A stretch of DNA of 64,000 nucleotides from Rhodobiaceae bacterium. GTDB lineage: Bacteria; Pseudomonadota; Alphaproteobacteria; Rhizobiales; NORP267. Position numbers and translations under genes: made by a program. Below the pieces are notes generated by a model. It ran no database searches, was not told where the DNA came from, and worked only from the letters and a program-made list of their open reading frames with translations. Where the stretch lies: positions 765 to 64,764 of the forward strand of contig JAGRLG010000015.1 of assembly GCA_020441905.1 (NCBI GenBank). The letters run 5' to 3'. Positions 27,635 through 36,792 of this stretch are shown in pieces; the stretch's first letter is position 1, and each line of letters starts with the position of its first letter.

Positions 27635-28531
27635 GTGGCCACGCTGGGCAAGCCACTGTTCCAGAATATCCGTCTGCAGCGCATCACCAGCGCCCTGCAT
27701 GAGCGCCGCTGGCCGTTCAACCGGCCGGCCGACGCTCCGGCTCGGTTATTCCTGTGCCTGACGGATGGCAGCGGCGGGGCGGAAACGCGGGACGAGGACC
27801 ACATGCTGACGGCGCCGGCCATCCTTTGGCTGGGCGAATTCCAGAGCGGGCATGTCAAGACCGCGGCGGGCACGACCGGCTTTATCGGCCAGATCGACGA
27901 CGAAATGCTGGTGCGGGCGATCGGCGACCATGCCGAGTCGGTGGGCCTGCGCTATATGGTCGACCGCAGCTTCCAGCTCTCGCTTGACGGGGAAAGGGTG
28001 ATTGCCGCCGACATCGTTTCCAGCCTGCATGCCATCTTGCGCGAACTCGACATGTCGCAGGCCAGTTCGGCGATGCTGGTTGCCGCCTACTTGCGCATCG
28101 TCCTGGTGTCGATGATGCGGGTGTCGGGCAGCGAAAGCGCAGCAATGGTCGGGCGCGGCGGCCATCGGGCGCTGCTGCAGGGATTCCGCCAATTGGTGGA
28201 AATGCGCTTTCGCGAACATTGGCCGGTGCGCCGCTATGCCGATGCGCTCGCTATCTCCCACGACCGGCTGCACGCGTTGTGCACCCGTGAACTGGGACGC
28301 ACCCCCAAAGCCCTGGTCGCGGAGCGGCTGGCCAGGGAAGCCGGCCTGCGGCTGGAACGCTCGGCGCTGACCATCGAGCAGTTGAGCTATTCGCTTGGGT
28401 TTCGCGACCCCGCCCATTTCAGCCACTTTTTCAAGCGCACTACCGGCATGACGCCAGGCGGCTACCGCAAGCAGGTGGCCAAGGCCGCCGACCGCTCGGT
28501 GCAGCCGGCAAGCTTCGCCGACTGGCCGTGA
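27635..28531 (+). CDS. AraC-family transcriptional regulator
   Basis: C-terminal double HTH (...LSYSLGFRDPAHFSHFFKRTTGMTPGGYR). Confidence 0.85.
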   Translation: MATLGKPLFQNIRLQRITSALHERRWPFNRPADAPARLFLCLTDGSGGAETRDEDHMLTAPAILWLGEFQSGHVKTAAGTTGFIGQIDDEMLVRAIGDHAESVGLRYMVDRSFQLSLDGERVIAADIVSSLHAILRELDMSQASSAMLVAAYLRIVLVSMMRVSGSESAAMVGRGGHRALLQGFRQLVEMRFREHWPVRRYADALAISHDRLHALCTRELGRTPKALVAERLAREAGLRLERSALTIEQLSYSLGFRDPAHFSHFFKRTTGMTPGGYRKQVAKAADRSVQPASFADWP

Positions 28532-28546
28532 GGCGCGCGCCTGGCG

Positions 28547-28972
28547 TCAGTCCTCGCGGGGAACGGCGCGGGCGCGCTTGATCTGGCCGCGGCTCTTCTT
28601 GGCCTCGAGGCGCCGTGTCTTGCTGGCCAGGGTGGGCCGGGTGGCGCGGCGCGGGCGCGGCGGGCTGGCGGCGCGGCGGATCAGTTCGGCCAGCCTTTCG
28701 CGGGCATCGGCGCGGTTGCGTTCCTGGCTGCGGAAGCGCCGCGCGGTGACGACGATGACGCCGGCCCCGGTCAGGCGGCGGCCGGCCAGCGCCTTGAGGC
28801 GCGCACGCACGTCCTCGGGCAGCGACGGCGAGCGGGCGGCGTCGAAGCGCAGCTGGACCGCGCTCGCCACCTTGTTGACATTCTGACCGCCGGGGCCGGA
28901 GGCGAGAATGAAGCTTTCTTCCAGCTCGCTGGCGTCGATCGTGATGTCGCCGGTAATGGCAAGAGCGCTCAT
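28547..28972 (-). CDS. arfB: Alternative ribosome-rescue factor ArfB (peptidyl-tRNA hydrolase, YaeJ)
   Basis: GGQ motif ([11 protein letters not shown]) and a basic C-terminal tail. Confidence 0.9.
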   Translation of the reverse strand: MSALAITGDITIDASELEESFILASGPGGQNVNKVASAVQLRFDAARSPSLPEDVRARLKALAGRRLTGAGVIVVTARRFRSQERNRADARERLAELIRRAASPPRPRRATRPTLASKTRRLEAKKSRGQIKRARAVPRED

Positions 28973-29439
28973 TGGCCCGTCCTCGCATTCATGGTCCGCA
29001 CAACCGCCTGATGAAGGCTGGAGAGAAACCGCGACCGATCAGCCGGCGAGAACGGTTTCGGCCCGCCGGTTATTTCGCCTGCGGAACGAAGGCTGTCCAT
29101 CAGATTCCGGGTCGCCAGCACGGCGCCGATGGTATCCGCGCCCAAAGAGCGTCCATTGGGGCCGAGGACCGGCGCGCCGGCGGCAGCGCAGCGGCTGGCA
29201 AGAGGAATATCGGCGGTGACAACGATGGTGCGCGGCCCGGCATGCTCCGATATCCAGTCATCGGCGGCATCAAGCCCGTCGCCGACCACGACCAGTTCGA
29301 CGCCGCCGCCACGCGGCACCCGCATATAGGAATTGGCGACCAGGACGACGCGCAAGCCGTGGCGCCCGGCAACGCGGTAGATCTCCTCCTTGACCGGGCA
29401 AGCATCGGCATCGACCAGGATTTCGATTTCGCCGCTCAT
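28969..29439 (-). CDS. yaiI: YaiI/YqxD (UPF0178, DUF188) family protein
   Basis: ...[11 protein letters not shown]...VVTADIPLA... aligns by eye with E. coli YaiI. Its stop overlaps the arfB start (ATGA). Confidence 0.85.
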   Translation of the reverse strand: MSGEIEILVDADACPVKEEIYRVAGRHGLRVVLVANSYMRVPRGGGVELVVVGDGLDAADDWISEHAGPRTIVVTADIPLASRCAAAGAPVLGPNGRSLGADTIGAVLATRNLMDSLRSAGEITGGPKPFSPADRSRFLSSLHQAVVRTMNARTGQ

Positions 29440-29457
29440 TACACCCCCCCTGTCACC

Positions 29458-29535
29458 CCGATCTTCCGTTCCGATTGCCTGTGCCGATCGCCTGTGCCGA
29501 TCGCCTGTTCCGATTGCCTGCGCCGAAAGCTACTG
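29458..29535. repeat. 13-bp tandem repeat array (4 core + 2 degenerate units)
   Basis: ccgattgcctgtg / ccgatcgcctgtg / ccgatcgcctgtt / ccgattgcctgcg at 29471-29522, flanked by degenerate copies. Intergenic, between divergent yaiI and the OAT fusion gene. Confidence 0.9.
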
Positions 29536-29686
29536 CCGGGGCGGCCGCGCCGAACCATATGCCGGCCGGGGGCGCAGCGAAAGGCGGCATGCGGCCAATT
29601 CCGGGGGGCTGGCGCCGCCGGGGCTGGAGAATTCGCCACATCGGCGACGATTTCGGGCGTAAAATGGCTTTGCTGGAGCGATTGCC

Positions 29687-31816
29687 GTGAACCCGATGGA
29701 GCTGGAAAAGCGCTATTGCGCGCATAATTACGAGCCGCTGCCGGTGGTGCTGGCGCGCGGCCAGGGCGCCCATTTGTGGGATATCGCGGGGCGGCGCTAT
29801 ATCGACATGATGAGCGCCTATTCGGCGGCCAGCCATGGCCATGGCCACCCGCGCATCCTTGCCGCGCTTGCCGCCCAGACGGCCCGCCTCGCGGTGCCCT
29901 CGCGCGCCTATTTCAACGACAAGCTGGGGCCGTTCGCCGCCGAATTGTGCCGCCTCACCGGCCTTTATTCGATGCTGCCGATGAATACCGGCGCCGAGGC
30001 GGTCGAAACCGCGATCAAGGCGGCGCGGCGCTGGGCCTACCGGGTCAAGGGGGTGGCGCGAGAGAAGGCCGAGATCATCGTCGCGGCGGGCAATTTCCAC
30101 GGCCGCACCACCACCATCATCGGCTTTTCCTCCGATGGCGAATATCGCGACGATTTCGGCCCCTTCACCCCCGGCTTTCGCAGTGTGCCCTTCGGCGACA
30201 TCGCCGCGATGGAAGCGGCGATCGGCGCCAACACGGCGGCGGTGCTGATCGAGCCCATTCAGGGCGAGGCCGGCATCATCGTGCCGCCCCCCGGCTACCT
30301 CGCCGGCCTGCGCGCCCTTTGCGACGCGCGCAATGTCCTGCTCATATTCGACGAGGTGCAGTCGGGGCTGGGGCGCAGCGGCGCCTGGTTCGCCTTCGAG
30401 CATGAGGCTGCCCGGCCCGACGGGCTCATTCTCGGCAAGGCGCTGGGCGGCGGCGTGCTGCCGGTATCCGCCTTTGCCGGAACGAAGGACCTGATGGCGG
30501 TGTTCGATCCCGGCTCCCACGGCTCGACCTTTGGCGGCAATCCGCTGGCTGCCGCGGTGGCGCTGGAGGCCCTCCATGTCATTGCCGAGGAAGGGCTGGT
30601 GGAACGCAGCCGCGAGCTGGGCGCCCATATGATGGAACGGCTGCGGGCGATCGGAAGCGAAGCCCTTGGCGAAGTGCGCGGGCGGGGGCTGTGGGCCGGC
30701 GCCGAGATCAGCCCGGCGATCGCCAGCGCCCGCGAGATCTGCGAGCGGCTGCTGGACAAGGGCGTGCTGTCGAAGGAAACCCATGACAGCGTCGTGCGCA
30801 TGGCGCCGCCGCTGGTGATCGGCAGGGACGATCTCGACCGCGCCCTCGATGCCTTTGAGGACGTGCTTGGCGAGACGGTGCGGGCGCGCCGCCCGGGGGC
30901 CAGGGCGAGGAGGGCGGGCACGCCCGGGACCGCGCCCGCAGCGCGCTTCCTGATGTGCCGCCCGGAGCATTTCGAGGTGACCTATTCGATCAACCCCTGG
31001 ATGGATCCTGGCGCATGGGCGCGCGAGGATGGCGCGCTGGCCAGGCGGGCCGATGAGGAATGGCATCGGCTCCATCGCAAACTTGCGGACCTTGGCGCCC
31101 GGATCGAATTGATCGACCCCCTGCCCGGCCTGCCCGACCTGGTGTTCACCGCCAATGGCGCGGTGGTACTCGACGGCACCGCCTTGCTGGCGCGATTCCG
31201 CTATCCCCAGCGCCAGAGCGAGGAGAGGATCTTCGCGGCAGCCTTTGCGGAGCTGAGGGAGCGCGGCCTGGTCGAGCGCATCGCGACGCTGCCGGACGGC
31301 ATGCTGCTGGAGGGCGCCGGGGACTGCGTCTGGGATAGCGCGCGGCAGATGTTCTGGATGGGCCACGGACCGCGCTCAAGCAAGGCGGCGGCCGATTTCG
31401 CCGCGCGCCTGTTCGGCGTCGCGACGCAGGCCATGGAACTGGTCGATCCGCGCTTCTATCATATCGATACCGCGCTTTGCCCGCTGCCCGGCGGCGAACT
31501 GGTCTATGTTCCGCATGCCTTTTCGCCCGCCGGCCGCGCCGCCATCGCGGCGCGCACGACGCCGGACCAGCGCATCGAACTCGGCGAGGAAGATGCGAAC
31601 CGGCTGGCCGGCAATGCGGTGTGCATCGGCACCAGGCTGGTGATGTCGTCCTGCGGGCCCGGCTTGCGAAACAGGCTCGCCGCAGCGGGCTACGCGGTCG
31701 AGGAGGTGCCCCTGACCTCCTTCCTGCGCTCCGGCGGCAGCGCCTTCTGCCTGACCCTGCGCCTCGATGCCGCCAGCGCCGCGCGGGCCAGGCGCGGCGA
31801 GCTGATAACGCAATAA
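29687..31816 (+). CDS. rocD: Fusion protein: ornithine aminotransferase (RocD-like) + amidinotransferase/DDAH-superfamily domain
   Basis: Residues 1-~397 are a class III aminotransferase (PLP Lys in LILGKALGGG). A basic/Pro linker follows. Residues ~420-709 are a guanidino-modifying fold (FLMCRPEHFEVTYSINPWM, FYHIDTALCPL, GGSAFCLTL). Confidence 0.85.
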   Translation: MNPMELEKRYCAHNYEPLPVVLARGQGAHLWDIAGRRYIDMMSAYSAASHGHGHPRILAALAAQTARLAVPSRAYFNDKLGPFAAELCRLTGLYSMLPMNTGAEAVETAIKAARRWAYRVKGVAREKAEIIVAAGNFHGRTTTIIGFSSDGEYRDDFGPFTPGFRSVPFGDIAAMEAAIGANTAAVLIEPIQGEAGIIVPPPGYLAGLRALCDARNVLLIFDEVQSGLGRSGAWFAFEHEAARPDGLILGKALGGGVLPVSAFAGTKDLMAVFDPGSHGSTFGGNPLAAAVALEALHVIAEEGLVERSRELGAHMMERLRAIGSEALGEVRGRGLWAGAEISPAIASAREICERLLDKGVLSKETHDSVVRMAPPLVIGRDDLDRALDAFEDVLGETVRARRPGARARRAGTPGTAPAARFLMCRPEHFEVTYSINPWMDPGAWAREDGALARRADEEWHRLHRKLADLGARIELIDPLPGLPDLVFTANGAVVLDGTALLARFRYPQRQSEERIFAAAFAELRERGLVERIATLPDGMLLEGAGDCVWDSARQMFWMGHGPRSSKAAADFAARLFGVATQAMELVDPRFYHIDTALCPLPGGELVYVPHAFSPAGRAAIAARTTPDQRIELGEEDANRLAGNAVCIGTRLVMSSCGPGLRNRLAAAGYAVEEVPLTSFLRSGGSAFCLTLRLDAASAARARRGELITQ

Positions 31817-31893
31817 TTGGACGGTTCGTAAGCGCCAGCCAGCATGCTAGCCTTTGCGGCGAATGCGGCCCGACAGCGAGCGAGCAGGTCAAG

Positions 31894-32226
31894 ATGATTG
31901 CGGAAATGGTGATGTTCCAGCTTCCCGCCGGGATGAGCCGGGACGACGTGCTGGCGGCGGCCTATGACACGGTGCCGGGCTGGCAGGCCAATGGCGACCT
32001 GCTGCGCAAGCACTATCTGCTCGACGAAGACAACCGCACTTACGGCTTTTATCTCTGGCGCTCGCGCGAAGCGGCCGAGCGCGCCCATGGCTCCGAGTTT
32101 CGCCAGCGCGTGCGCGAGCGTTTCGGCTGCGAGCCGAGCATCAGCTATTACGACGCCTTGCTGGTGCTCGACAATCTGAACGGCGAAGTGAGCGAAGACC
32201 TGGGCGGCCCGGTTTCGGCGCCCTGA
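31894..32226 (+). CDS. Small YdhR/ABM-like (dimeric alpha-beta barrel) protein
   Basis: 110 aa. The pattern ...YGFYLWRSREAAERAH... is reminiscent of YdhR-type putative monooxygenases. Weak assignment. Confidence 0.4.
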   Translation: MIAEMVMFQLPAGMSRDDVLAAAYDTVPGWQANGDLLRKHYLLDEDNRTYGFYLWRSREAAERAHGSEFRQRVRERFGCEPSISYYDALLVLDNLNGEVSEDLGGPVSAP

Positions 32227-32347
32227 GACGGGCGCCATGGCTCCACGAATGGGCGATCTGCGTGAATTTCTGTATACGGAACAATTAATATCGTATACGA
32301 TTTTTGGTATCATTTGAGCCGGTTGTGGCGTTCAACAGAGACTGCGG

Positions 32348-33019
32348 ATGATTGTGCGGAGAGCGGACCAGATCAAGGAAACGCTGGAGCTGGAGATCGT
32401 CGGAGGCACCCTGCCCCCCGGCATGCGCCTCGACGAGCCATCGCTGGTGCGCCGGTTCGGGGTTTCCCGCACCCCGGTGCGGGAGGCGCTGCACCAGCTT
32501 GGCGCCATCGGACTGCTGGAAATGCGGAAAGGGCGCAGCCCGGTGGTCGCCGCGCTGTCGCCGCAGGATCTTATCGACGGGCTTGAAGTGCTCACCGAAC
32601 TCGAGGGGTTGAGCGGCGCCCTGGCGGCAAAGCGCGCCAGCACCAGGGAGCGCGCCGGCATTGTCCGGCTGCACAAGATCATGGCACGGGCGGCGGAACA
32701 GAACCGGATCGAGGATTATTACCACCTCGATGTCGATTTTCACGACGCCATCTATCGCGCCACTCATAACGAGCTGCTGGAGAAACAGCTGCGCTCCCTG
32801 CGTCAGCGTTTCGCGCCCTATCGGCGCAATCATTTCCTGCGCCAGGGGCGGCTCCACCAGTCCTACGAGGAACACGGACTGATCGTGGCGGCGATCGTGG
32901 AGGGCGATGCCGGGGGGGCCATGCAGGCGGCGCGCAATCACATCAACCGCAATGGCGCCGTGCTCGCCGACTTCCTGCACGACCTCACCCGCTTCGACGA
33001 GGAGTTGAAGACCGGATGA
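32348..33019 (+). CDS. GntR-family (FadR/FCD subfamily) transcriptional regulator
   Basis: Winged HTH ...LVRRFGVSRTPVREAL... with a helical FCD-like C-terminus. Confidence 0.85.
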   Translation: MIVRRADQIKETLELEIVGGTLPPGMRLDEPSLVRRFGVSRTPVREALHQLGAIGLLEMRKGRSPVVAALSPQDLIDGLEVLTELEGLSGALAAKRASTRERAGIVRLHKIMARAAEQNRIEDYYHLDVDFHDAIYRATHNELLEKQLRSLRQRFAPYRRNHFLRQGRLHQSYEEHGLIVAAIVEGDAGGAMQAARNHINRNGAVLADFLHDLTRFDEELKTG

Positions 33020-33044
33020 CCGAGCGGGCGGAAAGGCTGGCGCG

Positions 33045-34133
33045 ATGAAGATCGCGGTGCTCGGCGGCGGCAACGGGGCCTATGCGGCGGCGGCCGACCT
33101 CGCCCTGGCCGGGCACGAGGTGGCGCTGTGGCGCCGCAGCGGCACGCATTTCGCCCAGGTGCTGGAGAGCCAGACCATCGCCCTGACCGACGCCCGCGGC
33201 ACCAGGGAGGTGAGACTTTCCCTGGCCACCACGGACCTTGCCCGCGCCCTTGACGGCGCCGAACTGGTGGTGGTGCCATTGCCGGCGACGGCGCAGGAAG
33301 GGCTGGCGGGCGATCTGGCGCCGCTGCTCGCCGAGGGCCAGGTGGTGTTCCTGCCGCCGGGCACCTTTGGCGGCTATCTCATGGCCCAGGCCATGATCGA
33401 GGCGGGGAACCATGCCCGCGTCGCCTTCGCCGAAACCGGCACCCTGCCCTATCTGGCGCGCAAGCACTCGGAGCGCTCGGTGACGATATCGGTGCGCGCC
33501 ACGCGGCTGCCGACCGGGGTGCTGCCGGCCAGCGACAGTGAGCGCGCGCTAGGCGTCATTGCCCGGGCCTATCCGGCGGTCGAGCCGCTTTCGGATCTGC
33601 TGGACGGCGCCTTGATGAATGCCGGCCCGATCATTCACCCGCCCCTGATCCTGATGAATGCCGGGCCGCTGGAGCATTTCGAAGCCTGGGACATCCACAA
33701 CGAAGGCACCCAGCCCTCGATCCGCCGCGTCACCAACGCGCTCGACGCCGAGCGGGTGGCCTTGCGCGAGGCGCTGGGCTATGGCGCGCCGCATTTTCCG
33801 CTCGCCGATCATTACGACGACGAGCGCGACGAGTGGATGTATGGCGACAGCTCCCACGAAAAACTGACCGGCAGCGGCGACTGGCGCGAGAAGATCGATC
33901 TGACGACCCACCGCTATATGCGCGAGGACATCGCGCTGGGCCTGACATTCTATGTCTCTCTTGGCGAATGGGCCGGCGTCGACATGCCGGTGGCAAAAGG
34001 GCTGCTGGCCATCGCCTCGGCGGTGGTCGATGAGGACCTGCGGGTGAACGGGCGCAGCTGGGAGAGGCTGGGGCTGAGCGGTCTAAGCCGCAGCGAACTC
34101 ACCGCCCTGCTGCGCGGCGGGGTGGCACCATGA
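33045..34133 (+). CDS. NAD/NADP octopine/nopaline (opine) dehydrogenase family protein
   Basis: MKIAVLGGGNGAYAAAADLA... Rossmann fold, with length and C-terminal half typical of the family. Confidence 0.8.
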   Translation: MKIAVLGGGNGAYAAAADLALAGHEVALWRRSGTHFAQVLESQTIALTDARGTREVRLSLATTDLARALDGAELVVVPLPATAQEGLAGDLAPLLAEGQVVFLPPGTFGGYLMAQAMIEAGNHARVAFAETGTLPYLARKHSERSVTISVRATRLPTGVLPASDSERALGVIARAYPAVEPLSDLLDGALMNAGPIIHPPLILMNAGPLEHFEAWDIHNEGTQPSIRRVTNALDAERVALREALGYGAPHFPLADHYDDERDEWMYGDSSHEKLTGSGDWREKIDLTTHRYMREDIALGLTFYVSLGEWAGVDMPVAKGLLAIASAVVDEDLRVNGRSWERLGLSGLSRSELTALLRGGVAP

Positions 34134-35125
34134 CCGCCGCGGCCGCCCCCAGAAACATCGTTGCCGCCGGTGCCGGGCGAATGGGGCGCGGCATCGCCCA
34201 GGTCTTCGCCTATGCCGGCCACGGCGTGACCTTGATCGACCTCAAGGAGCGCAGCGCCAAGGCGCGCGCCGCGCTGTTCGCCGAGGCGCTGGACGAGATC
34301 AAAGCCAATCTGGGCCTGCTTGCCGGCCTCGGCCTGTTCGCGCCCCGGGTCTGCCATACCATTCTTGCCCGCATCGCCGTTGCCGGCGGCGACGAAGCGG
34401 CGGCGGCCCTCGCCGAGGCCGATATCATTTTCGAAGGGGTGCCGGAAACGCTTTCCGCCAAGGGCGAGGCGCTGGCCCTGATCGGCGCCCATGCCCGCGC
34501 CGACGCGGTGATCGCCTCGACCACCTCGACCATCCTGGTCGATGCCCTGGCCGCCCTCGTCGACCATCCCGAACGCTTCCTCAACGCCCATTGGCTCAAC
34601 CCGGCCTATCTCATCCCGCTGGTCGAAATCAGCGCCGGCAGCGCCACCGACGGCGCTGTCACCGACCGCTTCTGCGCCTTTCTTGAATCGGTGGGCAAGG
34701 TGCCGGTGCGCTGCACGGCATCCCCTGGCTATATCGTGCCGCGCATCCAGGCCATCGCCATGAACGAGGCGGCGCGGCTGGTCGAGGAAGGGGTGGCGAG
34801 CGCACAGGATGTCGACCGCGCGGTGCGCGTTGGTTTCGGCATCCGTTTTGCCGCCATGGGAATGCTGGAATTCATCGACTGGGGCGGCGGCGACACGCTC
34901 TATTACGCTTCCAACTATCTGAAAAAGGAACTCGCCGCGGACCGCTACACGGCGCCCGATATCGTCGTGCGCAACATGGAGGACGGGGCAACCGGGCTGA
35001 CCGCCGGGCGCGGGTTTTACGATTTCGCCGCCATGGACACCGCCGCCTGGCGCAAGGACAAGCTGGCGCGCATGGTCGCGCTGATCAAGGACATGGATCT
35101 TTTTCGCCCGCCAGTTGCGGATTGA
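34130..35125 (+). CDS. 3-hydroxyacyl-CoA dehydrogenase family protein
   Basis: GAGRMGRGIAQVFA NAD fold, and ...HWLNPAYLIPLVEI... central motif. Confidence 0.8.
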   Translation: MTAAAAPRNIVAAGAGRMGRGIAQVFAYAGHGVTLIDLKERSAKARAALFAEALDEIKANLGLLAGLGLFAPRVCHTILARIAVAGGDEAAAALAEADIIFEGVPETLSAKGEALALIGAHARADAVIASTTSTILVDALAALVDHPERFLNAHWLNPAYLIPLVEISAGSATDGAVTDRFCAFLESVGKVPVRCTASPGYIVPRIQAIAMNEAARLVEEGVASAQDVDRAVRVGFGIRFAAMGMLEFIDWGGGDTLYYASNYLKKELAADRYTAPDIVVRNMEDGATGLTAGRGFYDFAAMDTAAWRKDKLARMVALIKDMDLFRPPVAD

Positions 35126-35210
35126 CGCTAAATTGCTGGCATGTTGGACCGCAAGGTCCGCAGTAAATCGGCCAAACAGAGCCGATCGTTTGGATGGGAG
35201 GTTAGAAGGA

Positions 35211-36188
35211 ATGACCAAGTTTACCCGCATAGCGGCAGGGGCGGCTCTCGCCGTCGCCGTGCTGTTTTCGCCGCAGCTTCGCGCCGAGGAAGTCGTCATC
35301 TCGGCGGCCAGCGGCTTTCCCAAAGGGACCCTGTTTTCCAAGACCTTCGAGGGCTGGGTCGAGATGGTCAACGAAAAGGGCAAGGGTCTTGTCCGCATCG
35401 ACTACAAGGGCGGCGCGCCGGCCATCGGCAGCCCGTTCCAGCTGGTCAAGCAGCTCCAGGAAGGCGTGTTCAACATGGTGAGCACGACCGGCGCCTATTA
35501 CACCAACACGCTGCCGGAAGCCGACGCCTTCAAGCTGACCGAATTGTCGGTGCAGGAATTGCGCAAGAATGGCGGCTTCGACTACATGGCCAAGCTGCAT
35601 GAGGAAAAGGGCGTCCACTATCTCGGCCGCCACACCGATTTCGTGCCCTTCCACCTCTATCTCAACAAGAAGATCGACAAGCCGGACCTGACCGGCCTCA
35701 AGATCCGCGTTTCGCCGATCTACCAGAACTTCTTCCTCGCGCTTGGCGCCACTTCGGCCCAGCGCTCGACCGCGCCGGAGGTCTATTCACTGCTCGAACG
35801 CGGCGTCGTCGACGGCTACGGCTGGCCGATCAGCGGCATCTTCGACTTCTCCTGGGAGAAGGTGACCAAATACCGCGTCGATCCGGGATTCTATTCCGCC
35901 GACATCCACATCCTGCTCAACAAGGAATTCTGGGACAAGCTGTCCGACGAGCAGAAGAAATTCCTGAACGACATGATGATCGAGCAGGAATCCCACAACA
36001 GCGATGTCATCGCCTTCAACGAAGCTGAGGCAAAGCGCCAGGCGGAAGCCGGTATCGAGGTTATCAAGATGGCCGATGACAACGAGAAGAAGTGGCTCGA
36101 TACGGCCAAGGAAGCCGGCTGGGAAGGGGTGATCAAGGTCAGCCCGCAGCACGGCCCGGAGCTGCGCAAGCTGTTCACCAAGAACTGA
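35211..36188 (+). CDS. TRAP transporter substrate-binding protein (DctP family)
   Basis: Signal peptide, DctP-like sequence, SD GGGAGG upstream. Confidence 0.85.
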   Translation: MTKFTRIAAGAALAVAVLFSPQLRAEEVVISAASGFPKGTLFSKTFEGWVEMVNEKGKGLVRIDYKGGAPAIGSPFQLVKQLQEGVFNMVSTTGAYYTNTLPEADAFKLTELSVQELRKNGGFDYMAKLHEEKGVHYLGRHTDFVPFHLYLNKKIDKPDLTGLKIRVSPIYQNFFLALGATSAQRSTAPEVYSLLERGVVDGYGWPISGIFDFSWEKVTKYRVDPGFYSADIHILLNKEFWDKLSDEQKKFLNDMMIEQESHNSDVIAFNEAEAKRQAEAGIEVIKMADDNEKKWLDTAKEAGWEGVIKVSPQHGPELRKLFTKN

Positions 36189-36263
36189 GCAAGGCTCAAG
36201 GGGCGCCCCCGCGAAAGGGGCGCCCCCAATTCGCCCGCCATTTCTCTACTTTCCAGGACGGCC

Positions 36264-36791
36264 ATGCCCGAACAGTCTGCGCTTGGCGCTTTCTATGAAA
36301 AGATTCTCGATGCGACCGGAACCCTGGTCGGCCTGCTGATCGCCCTGATCGCCGTGATGATCAGCATCGAGGTGGCGATGCGCAATTTCGGCCAGGGCGG
36401 CATTTCCTGGCTCAACGAGACCATCGAGTTCGCCATCTATGCAGGCACCTTCGCCGCCGCGCCCTGGGTGCTGCATCAGGGCGCCCATATCCGCGTCGAT
36501 ATCGTGCTGACCCTGCTGCCGAGGCCGGTGGCACTGGCCGTAGAGATCCTCGCCGATCTTTCCGGGGCGGTAATCTGCCTCGCGCTGCTGTATTACGGCG
36601 GCGTCTCGGTGGCCGATGCATGGAGCGACAATACGATCCAGTACAAGAACCTGGCCTGGCCCGAATGGGCGCTGTTTGCCGTGGTTCCGCTGTTCACCGG
36701 ACTGATGGCCATTGAATTCGTGCTGCGGGCGCGCCGCGCGCTGGCGACCGGCAGCGCCGAGCGCGCCGAACCGGCAACCGAGGGCTTTTGA
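36264..36791 (+). CDS. TRAP transporter small permease (DctQ)
   Basis: 4-TM protein between the DctP and DctM genes. Confidence 0.75.
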   Translation: MPEQSALGAFYEKILDATGTLVGLLIALIAVMISIEVAMRNFGQGGISWLNETIEFAIYAGTFAAAPWVLHQGAHIRVDIVLTLLPRPVALAVEILADLSGAVICLALLYYGGVSVADAWSDNTIQYKNLAWPEWALFAVVPLFTGLMAIEFVLRARRALATGSAERAEPATEGF

Positions 36792-36792
36792 C

